A program made the position numbers and the translations under genes. 46,917 nucleotides of DNA from a virus (taxonomy: Duplodnaviria; Heunggongvirae; Uroviricota; Caudoviricetes), in the IMG/VR virus record IMGVR_UViG_2974695582_000001, positions 1 to 46,917 of that record; one strand, given 5' to 3'. Positions 1 through 5,186 of the stretch are shown one piece after another (within the stretch, counting starts at the first letter, position 1; each line of letters begins with the position of its first letter). Below the pieces are notes generated by a model. It did not search any database and was not told the origin of the DNA. It worked only from the letters and a program-made list of their open reading frames with translations.

Positions 1-126
1 GTGCGCAATTCAAAAGGCGCAAATTCAATTCAATTCGGCATAAAAAGCCTGCAAATGCAAGGGAAAAGGCATGAAACGGCCTGCATTTACGCAATATCGG
101 GCTATTCAATATAGGAGGGTGTATAT

Positions 127-417
127 ATGGGGTGTGCTATCCAGTATATGGAGCGCAAGGGTGCTAATGGGGGTATGAATTACGGGGGCTATATGGTCAA
201 TGATGGGGTGAATAACCTTGTCTTTGTATCATGTGGCACTAAGGGGAATACCCGCCCTCTATTCACCTACCTAGGTAATGGGGACTACCTAAAGGGTAAG
301 GCTGTATATGAGGGAATGGCATTCATCATGCCGGATATCCTCTTGAGTGCAGCTCAGTACAATACTCTCTATGCCTCTATGGATGATAGTAAGACTAGGT
401 CATTCAAAGGGGAATGA
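127..417 (+). CDS. Hypothetical protein (96 aa)
   Basis: ORF with AGGAGG 8 nt upstream of the ATG; no recognisable domain. Confidence 0.55.
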   Translation: MGCAIQYMERKGANGGMNYGGYMVNDGVNNLVFVSCGTKGNTRPLFTYLGNGDYLKGKAVYEGMAFIMPDILLSAAQYNTLYASMDDSKTRSFKGE

Positions 418-607
418 GTGTGAAGAAAACCCGCGCGATATTCGGCGTGAAAAGGTAGACCATTATAGAGAGGTTGCCTCATTCACTGCCCGAACAGTCT
501 CTATTGCGGGAATTGTAGGAACGGCAACGATTGGAGCCCTTATCGCAATTGGGCTATTCATTTTCGTTGTCGGTGGAATTGTTTTCCATCTGCTTTCCAG
601 CGTGTAA
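347..607 (+). CDS. Small putative membrane protein; start uncertain (GTG347, ATG371 or ATG383)
   Basis: C-terminal hydrophobic stretch SIAGIVGTATIGALIAIGLFIFVVGGIVFHLL; stop abuts the terminator hairpin. Confidence 0.45.
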   Translation: MQLSTILSMPLWMIVRLGHSKGNECEENPRDIRREKVDHYREVASFTARTVSIAGIVGTATIGALIAIGLFIFVVGGIVFHLLSSV

Positions 608-667
608 AAAAAGAATTCTTTTCGGGTGGGCCTATTCAATTTGAATGGGTCCCCCGGAATTCTTTTT
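606..667. terminator. Bidirectional intrinsic terminator
   Basis: ~16-bp imperfect stem CGGG(T)GGGCCTATTCAA / TTGAATGGGTCCCCCG flanked by AAAAAAAGAATTC and GAATTCTTTTT. Confidence 0.7.
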
Positions 668-829
668 CAGGAATTCGCTTTGCAGTTTATGGGCGCACTA
701 ATTGCAAATGCAAATTCTAATTGCCGGCCTATATCATACATCTCTAAAAATTTGTGACATTTCAGTTTTCATAAATTAGTTACTTTAAGTTGATTGTAGC
801 TAACGGTGTGTAATGGCCCCTAAACACAG

Positions 830-860
830 AAAAACCCAACACCCTTTTGAGGTGTTGGGT
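830..860 (-). terminator. Intrinsic terminator ending the leftward operon
   Basis: ACCCAACACC (834-843) / GGTGTTGGGT (851-860) with an A-run at 830-834 (U-tract on minus), just past the 874 stop. Confidence 0.8.
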
Positions 861-873
861 AAATTCTAAATTC

Positions 874-1095
874 TTACTCTTCTTCTTCGACTTCCAGTGA
901 GAATGCTGGAGCTGGATTGAATGTCAATCCTGCCTCATGCATTTCTGCAATCTGTGCTGCCTTTTGTGGACTATCAATAGACAAAATAGCTAGCAGGAGG
1001 TCATAGATTCTCATGGTCTGAATGAGCATAACCTTATTGAAGTTCTCTGGTGCGAATGCATCCATGTTTACTTCTTCATAGTTCTCTTGGGACAT
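874..1095 (-). CDS. Hypothetical protein (73 aa, acidic C-terminus)
   Basis: GAGGAG RBS, in operon, ends before terminator. Confidence 0.8.
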   Translation of the reverse strand: MSQENYEEVNMDAFAPENFNKVMLIQTMRIYDLLLAILSIDSPQKAAQIAEMHEAGLTFNPAPAFSLEVEEEE

Positions 1096-1267
1096 CTAGT
1101 CTCCTCTCTACCGCCGCGATTTTATCTTCATCATCTAGAATGATAGACCAGTCATCGACGTGGATGCGGTCATCCTCAATCTCAATTTCGACCGCATTCT
1201 TTCTTGCCCAGTAAAGAATCTCTTCCTTGTTTACCAGGCGCTCTAGTGTTTCCTTCTTTGTTGCCAT
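1076..1267 (-). CDS. Hypothetical protein (63 aa), paralog of 1277-1435; probably leaderless
   Basis: ATG lies 6 nt after a TAGAAT -10; sequence similarity to the neighbouring ORF. Confidence 0.8.
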   Translation of the reverse strand: MATKKETLERLVNKEEILYWARKNAVEIEIEDDRIHVDDWSIILDDEDKIAAVERRLDVPREL

Positions 1268-1273
1268 AGCACC

Positions 1274-1302
1274 ATTCTACTTGATATAGCTGAACTTGTC
1301 AC
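1274..1302 (-). promoter_or_regulatory. Housekeeping-sigma promoter GTGACA-17-TAGAAT
   Basis: Minus-strand hexamers at 1302-1297 and 1279-1274. Confidence 0.6.
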
Positions 1303-1435
1303 CATTGAAGACGCAAGTCCATCCACCCACAACAATTTCGTTTCCTCGCTCACGGACCGGAAGGTCGTTCTTTGCTGCAAAGGCACGAACTTGGGCCTTG
1401 TTCTTACACTTCAGAAGGTCCTTCTGCTTCGCCAT
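1277..1435 (-). CDS. Hypothetical protein (52 aa, MAKQKDLLKCKNKAQVRAFAAKNDLPVRERGNEIVVGGWTCVFNGDKFSYIK); not in the ORF track
   Basis: Translated by hand; AAGGAG RBS; fills the gap in the operon; paralog of 1076-1267. Confidence 0.75.
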   Translation of the reverse strand: MAKQKDLLKCKNKAQVRAFAAKNDLPVRERGNEIVVGGWTCVFNGDKFSYIK

Positions 1436-1652
1436 CTTCAAGCTCCTTTTCGTATTCGTCGTATAGTCTCATAATGAGATTGGATAGATTAGTATTAGCC
1501 AAACCCGCCGCAGAAGTCAGCGGCGAGTACATTACCTTACTAGACATGTGCAGCTTTGCATTTGCCTCGTTCTGAGTCTCCAGATAATCAACCACATTGT
1601 CCAGAACTTCAAAAATCTTCTGAAGCTCCCGAATTACATCTGCCTTTTCCAT
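1404..1652 (-). CDS. Hypothetical helical protein (82 aa)
   Basis: AGGAG RBS; overlaps flanking genes in operon fashion. Confidence 0.75.
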   Translation of the reverse strand: MEKADVIRELQKIFEVLDNVVDYLETQNEANAKLHMSSKVMYSPLTSAAGLANTNLSNLIMRLYDEYEKELEDGEAEGPSEV

Positions 1653-2281
1653 TCTTCTCCTACATATCTTGTATACGCTGGTGGAATGGCTTCGTTGATT
1701 TCCTTATGAATCATCCAGTCGATTCCCATTCCTTTGCGCTTTTCTGCAATTGGTGCGTTTCCGCCACCTGTTACTTGCACGAACATGTCTTCTGTCAAAG
1801 CACGTCCAAAGTGATTTTTTCTCTTGTCATGTGTATATACAAGGGCTGTATGCTTAGGGTGTTCTGGTGCTTCAAACTTCCAGCCACCTGGCTCGAACAG
1901 TCTATGCCTGTACACTCTAAGTCCCTTGAACATTGCTCCACACAACATTACCCCATCGAGTGGGGCCGTATCTACATTCTCAATAACATAGGGTAGTCCA
2001 GAGTCCTCAAGCATTTCTCTGACTGGCCCGATTAGGTCTGGATACTCCTTGCCAGTACGCTTTTGCAAGTCGCTGTACTTTTGGCAAGGAGGGCTTGCGT
2101 GAACGAAGTCAAAACGTCCGCTCATCATCATACGCCAACCTACAGAAAGCGCGTCACCCAATACAAAATTGAAAGGATAACGCGTCTGTACTTTGTTGTC
2201 TACTCCGACAACTTCAAATCCAGCTTGGTGGTAGCCCATACTAGCACCACCACCGCCGCAGAACAAATCCAATACTCTCAT
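1634..2281 (-). CDS. DNA (cytosine-5) methyltransferase, compact phage type
   Basis: Motif I DLFCGGGG, catalytic motif IV SPPCQ, motif VI IENV, motif VIII YRHRLF, motif X-like INEAIPP. Confidence 0.9.
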   Translation of the reverse strand: MRVLDLFCGGGGASMGYHQAGFEVVGVDNKVQTRYPFNFVLGDALSVGWRMMMSGRFDFVHASPPCQKYSDLQKRTGKEYPDLIGPVREMLEDSGLPYVIENVDTAPLDGVMLCGAMFKGLRVYRHRLFEPGGWKFEAPEHPKHTALVYTHDKRKNHFGRALTEDMFVQVTGGGNAPIAEKRKGMGIDWMIHKEINEAIPPAYTRYVGEEWKRQM

Positions 2282-2287
2282 GGATTC

Positions 2288-2296
2288 ATTCTAGCA
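2288..2296 (-). promoter_or_regulatory. Extended -10 promoter (TGC-TAGAAT) for a leaderless methyltransferase mRNA
   Basis: TAGAAT ends 6 nt before ATG 2281; no RBS; -35 not recognisable. Confidence 0.55.
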
Positions 2297-2297
2297 T

Positions 2298-3065
2298 TTA
2301 TGACTTCTTAATGGTATCCATACAGACAGGGAAATGCTCGTGAGTAATATCAAATACCGCCCGTGCATAATCCTGAATTTCCTTTTGAGCATCGTGCTCA
2401 AGTCGCTGGTGAAGGAAATGAGTCACAGCACCTAGAGATACCGTCCAACGCCAACGAACATAAAGTCCATATGCTGGGAGAAAGAGCCGCGCCTGCTCTG
2501 CGCAAATCCCGTTGGCCATTGCAGAATCGTAGAGGTCAATACTTGTACGAACAAGCTCTGTAAGCTCATCCGTCCAGAAGTTACCATACTCTTCCGCAAA
2601 ATCGTTCCTGATATCGAGCGCATAGTCATTATATCGCCAAGCACCCCACTCAACATCATCAAGTGACTTCAGTGGTTCACCAGAGCCCTGCTTACGATTT
2701 TCTGGAGCAGAGCGCCATTCGTTTGGCGCAGGAACATAAAACTCCGGGATTTCAGTTACATAACGACGAGAAGACTCATTCCAGCCATTCTGGTCCTCAA
2801 GGTGGGTTGAAGCTACTGCATACTTCCACCATTGACGTGCTACGAAGAGTGGTGCATAAACCTCAAAAGTGAGAGCGGAATGACGGAACACCGAGCTGTG
2901 CTCTTCACGTTGAAGAAAGGCGAGAAGCCGTGCTTCTCTATCCCCAAACTCTTCCGACTCCTTAGCAAAAGAAACCTTTGCTGAGTTCACGGGGTCAAGG
3001 TCATCACCCATGTGCTTAATGTATCGAACATAACCCTTGTCTAGAACATTAATTCTTTCCGTCAT
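2298..3065 (-). CDS. thyX: Flavin-dependent thymidylate synthase ThyX
   Basis: INVLDKGYVR..MGDD, HSSVFRH, APLFVARQWWKY, WNESSRRY, HAQKEIQ-like segment; ATG 3065 follows GGGAGG (track start 3083 is less likely). Confidence 0.9.
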   Translation of the reverse strand: MTERINVLDKGYVRYIKHMGDDLDPVNSAKVSFAKESEEFGDREARLLAFLQREEHSSVFRHSALTFEVYAPLFVARQWWKYAVASTHLEDQNGWNESSRRYVTEIPEFYVPAPNEWRSAPENRKQGSGEPLKSLDDVEWGAWRYNDYALDIRNDFAEEYGNFWTDELTELVRTSIDLYDSAMANGICAEQARLFLPAYGLYVRWRWTVSLGAVTHFLHQRLEHDAQKEIQDYARAVFDITHEHFPVCMDTIKKS

Positions 3066-3279
3066 ACGCGCCTCCCAAAACATGTCTCATCGTCGCCTCA
3101 TGGGCATTTGTCATTTCGTACTTCCTACGAGCCTCATCATAGCCCGCCATAATTGCGTTGGCAAACCAGCCAAGCATCATATCCTCATCCATGATATCGA
3201 TAGGTTCGTTTTCCCAAACCTTCATGAATTCCTTTGCCCAAATTTGAGCATCTGTCGTGCTTGTATCAAACTTCGTCAT
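3049..3279 (-). CDS. Hypothetical protein (76 aa)
   Basis: ATGA overlap with the upstream gene; natural-looking composition. Confidence 0.75.
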   Translation of the reverse strand: MTKFDTSTTDAQIWAKEFMKVWENEPIDIMDEDMMLGWFANAIMAGYDEARRKYEMTNAHEATMRHVLGGAYDGKN

Positions 3280-3431
3280 ACTAGATTGTCCAGCTCTCTT
3301 TGCTTCTTATCAATTTCCTTTTGAGTCCTCTTGGCAGACAACTCATTTCCTTCCTTCAGGAATTGAGCCTTAACTTCCTTAAGGCTCTTAATCTGCTGAG
3401 TTAGCTGGATTCCCCTTCTCATCGGGTCCAT
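3276..3431 (-). CDS. Small coiled-coil protein (51 aa, MDPMRRGIQLTQQIKSLKEVK...); not in track
   Basis: Hand translation; AAGGAG RBS; stop overlaps the next ATG. Confidence 0.6.
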   Translation of the reverse strand: MDPMRRGIQLTQQIKSLKEVKAQFLKEGNELSAKRTQKEIDKKQRELDNLV

Positions 3432-3558
3432 TTACAATCTCCTTAAACTTCTTCAAATCCGTCTTTGCCCGTTCAATCTTCTTTTCGGTTACGTGAAAAG
3501 CCCCATCGTCGCTTTGCTCGATTGGAACTCCATCTCTTCCAATGAAGATGTTTGCCAT
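3388..3558 (-). CDS. Hypothetical protein (56 aa, MANIFIGRDGVPIEQSDDGAFHVTEKK...); not in track
   Basis: Hand translation; AAGGAG 7 nt upstream of ATG. Confidence 0.6.
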   Translation of the reverse strand: MANIFIGRDGVPIEQSDDGAFHVTEKKIERAKTDLKKFKEIVNGPDEKGNPANSAD

Positions 3559-3727
3559 TTTGTCTCCTTTTCGTTACAATCCATCCGTCTTGCTGACATT
3601 CCCAACAAGGTTGGAATACGTACTGCTGCATATCCAGCACTGACTTACGCAAGCCACAGACTGGACATGCGTAATCGTGTTGGGCAATGAGCCCGTCAGT
3701 GTAGATTTTTGGCCTATGCATTTTCAC
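3473..3727 (-). CDS. Putative zinc-binding protein (CPVC...CWEC)
   Basis: Two CxxC pairs; GTGA overlap with the upstream gene; 3' end overlaps the 3388-3558 ORF. Confidence 0.6.
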   Translation of the reverse strand: MKMHRPKIYTDGLIAQHDYACPVCGLRKSVLDMQQYVFQPCWECQQDGWIVTKRRQNGKHLHWKRWSSNRAKRRWGFSRNRKED

Positions 3728-3885
3728 TTATCAGGGTCCGTTCCGTTAAACTTTCCGTCTGTTAGCTCAAGAAGCTTCTTGAAAGCTCTCTTACGGCCGA
3801 CACTATCTCCACTATCTCTGGCATCTACAAACTTTCTAAACCAGAAACGCCTATCCTGATAATACTTATCTTCCTTATTAGGCAT
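3724..3885 (-). CDS. Hypothetical protein (53 aa, MPNKEDKYYQDRRFWFRKFV...); not in track
   Basis: Hand translation; fills operon gap. Confidence 0.65.
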   Translation of the reverse strand: MPNKEDKYYQDRRFWFRKFVDARDSGDSVGRKRAFKKLLELTDGKFNGTDPDK

Positions 3886-4090
3886 TGTGTTCACTCACCA
3901 CCGCTCTAATTCGGTCATACAAATCCAAACCCGGCCGGATTGTTGAGTCACAAATAGCACACCAAAGAGTAGGCTCATCATCTTGTCCGAGCCTAGTAGT
4001 TAGATTATGTCCACAATCAGGACACTGTAGATGCTTAACTTTACCTTCATCTGCTAGATGACGATAGTTATGAAAAATTGACCATTCCAT
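3878..4090 (-). CDS. Putative zinc-ribbon protein (CPDC...CAIC)
   Basis: Two CxxC pairs; no obvious RBS. Confidence 0.75.
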   Translation of the reverse strand: MEWSIFHNYRHLADEGKVKHLQCPDCGHNLTTRLGQDDEPTLWCAICDSTIRPGLDLYDRIRAVVSEHNA

Positions 4091-4096
4091 AGCAGC

Positions 4097-4124
4097 AAAA
4101 AAGCCATTGCGGTTTGCAATGGCT
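4097..4124 (-). terminator. Intrinsic terminator closing the tRNA operon
   Basis: Perfect 9-bp stem AGCCATTGC/GCAATGGCT with a U-tract on the minus strand. Confidence 0.8.
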
Positions 4125-4150
4125 AGAGTTCTCCTTCTCTTTAATTTAAG

Positions 4151-4223
4151 AGCCTAGTGTGGGAATCGAACCCACGACCTTTTCCGTACCAAGGAAATGT
4201 TCTACCACTGTCACTAACTAGGC
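4151..4223 (-). tRNA. tRNA-Thr(GGT)
   Basis: Cloverleaf GCCTAGT/ACTAGGC, anticodon arm TTTCC-TTGGTAC-GGAAA, T-arm GTGGG-TTCGATT-CCCAC; CCA not encoded. Confidence 0.95.
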
Positions 4224-4325
4224 GCAGCCCCGAAGGGCGCGGTGCAGGCAGCCGTTTAACTAGTATAAGCCGTCCGCGAAGCTTGTCGGTCCCCAAAAAG
4301 GAGAAGAAAAACGGGACCGACTGCG
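4224..4325 (-). ncRNA. Structured inter-tRNA spacer B (candidate ncRNA)
   Basis: 9-bp stem GTCGGTCCC/GGGACCGAC around a pyrimidine-rich loop; further hairpins AAGCT/GGCTT and GCCC-TTCG-GGGC. Confidence 0.4.
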
Positions 4326-4396
4326 AGCCGGATGATGGAATCGAACCATCGCCTCATCTTTACGAGAGATACAGTCTACCACTGAAATAATCCGGC
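4326..4396 (-). tRNA. tRNA-Thr(CGT), weak D-stem
   Basis: GCCGGAT/ATCCGGC, anticodon arm TATCT-CTCGTAA-AGATG, T-arm GATGG-TTCGATT-CCATC; CCA not encoded. Confidence 0.9.
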
Positions 4397-4508
4397 ATTT
4401 GTAGTCTGCCTCCCCTGCAACTAGGTACTACAGACAAGCCCCGAAGGACATTTCCTCGGAAGCAGAGGTACGGGTCGGTCGCATTCTCACCGCACGTACT
4501 CCCAATTG
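4397..4508 (-). ncRNA. Structured inter-tRNA spacer A (candidate ncRNA; contains the module repeated at 11205-11244)
   Basis: Several stems (GGG-A-GTACG/CGTAC-CTC; TCTGCTTCC/GGAGGCAGA; CTGTAGT/GTTGCAG) and similarity to a second locus. Confidence 0.5.
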
Positions 4509-4581
4509 AGCCGCCTGTCGGTCTCGAACCGACCACCTCTTGTTTACAAGACAAGTGCTCTACCAGATGAGCTAAGGCGGC
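4509..4581 (-). tRNA. tRNA-Thr(TGT)
   Basis: GCCGCCT/AGGCGGC, D-arm GCTC/GAGC, anticodon arm CTTGT-CTTGTAA-ACAAG, T-arm GTCGG-TTCGAGA-CCGAC; CCA not encoded. Confidence 0.95.
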
Positions 4582-4610
4582 AATACCAGTGTAACACACT
4601 GGCGTAAAAA

Positions 4611-4684
4611 GTGCACCCCCGCTGACTTAAACAGCAGACTACCCGCTTATCAGGCAAGGCGTACTATCGTTATACTAGGGTGCA
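4611..4684 (-). ncRNA. Atypical tRNA-like RNA (anticodon-like loop CT-GAT-AA)
   Basis: Acceptor TGCACCC/GGGTGCA, D-stem GTAT/GTAC, stem CTTGC/GCGGG, T-like arm CTGCTG-TTTAAGT-CAGCGG; lacks D-loop GG and the TTCR T-loop. Confidence 0.6.
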
Positions 4685-4743
4685 GGGCTCCGAAGAGCAA
4701 GCTTAGGATAGTATTAATAGCCCCATCCCAAGGCGATAGAATC

Positions 4744-4773
4744 ATCTTAACACGAGCTAGATGTGCTTGTCAA
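4744..4773 (-). promoter_or_regulatory. Promoter TTGACA-18-TAAGAT for the tRNA operon
   Basis: Near-consensus hexamers; -35 overlaps the TGA stop of the Dps-like gene. Confidence 0.8.
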
Positions 4774-5168
4774 GAAAGTGATTCGTTGAACATCCAAGTC
4801 CACTTGTCCAAGCCACGCTGGATTTCGATAAGAACATCCTGTGTAGCAAGGTCATTCTCATACTGACTCAACGCGTTCTTGATGTGAACTGAGTTTGTAT
4901 TGAGATGACTTGAAAGTTCGTCCACGGCTTCATCGAATCGGATAGGTTCAGACGTATAACTGTACTCTACACTACCCGTAACGTGTTGTCCAATAGCCCG
5001 CGCTCTCTCTGCTAGTGTGTCAGCATACCCGTTTAGGTCTGCGTATAGCTCATCTAGCATCGGATGAAGGTAAAGGAATTCGCGTCCACGAAGATTCCAA
5101 TGGAAATCCTTTGTCTGTAGCGAAGCTGTAATCAACCCGCCCAGAATCTCTTCAAGGTTTGCATTCAT
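4770..5168 (-). CDS. dps: Dps-family (ferritin-like) protein
   Basis: Dps signature FHWNLRG..F..LH..LDELY......DTLAERARAIG and C-terminal LDKWTWMF; AGGAGG RBS. Confidence 0.88.
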   Translation of the reverse strand: MNANLEEILGGLITASLQTKDFHWNLRGREFLYLHPMLDELYADLNGYADTLAERARAIGQHVTGSVEYSYTSEPIRFDEAVDELSSHLNTNSVHIKNALSQYENDLATQDVLIEIQRGLDKWTWMFNESLS

Positions 5169-5186
5169 ATGCTTGCCTCCTAACGG

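Noticed and set aside
4245-4325. Theta/HDV-like ribozyme after tRNA-Thr(CGT)
   Set aside because: P1 and P2 can be drawn, but there is no G for P1.1, L3 is too long and U-rich, and J4/2 lacks the catalytic C-N-A context; kept only as an unexplained structure
4240-4460. RNase P RNA-like words (GAGGAAATGTCC resembling GAGGAAAGUCC; GACAAG...CGGCTTAT resembling ACAGAACCCGGCUUA)
   Set aside because: The two P4 strands do not pair properly, a tRNA lies between them and other conserved regions are missing or out of order; treated as chance unless a covariance search says otherwise
4465-4503. Group II intron domain V-like hairpin
   Set aside because: No AGC/CGC catalytic triad, no other intron domains and no interrupted gene
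4157-4599. ORF-track entries 4157..4390(+) and 4360..4599(-)
   Set aside because: They are translations of tRNA sequence
4611-4684. tmRNA, tRNA-Sec or tRNA-Pyl
   Set aside because: No tag reading frame, no long variable arm, and the loop reads GAU rather than UCA or CUA
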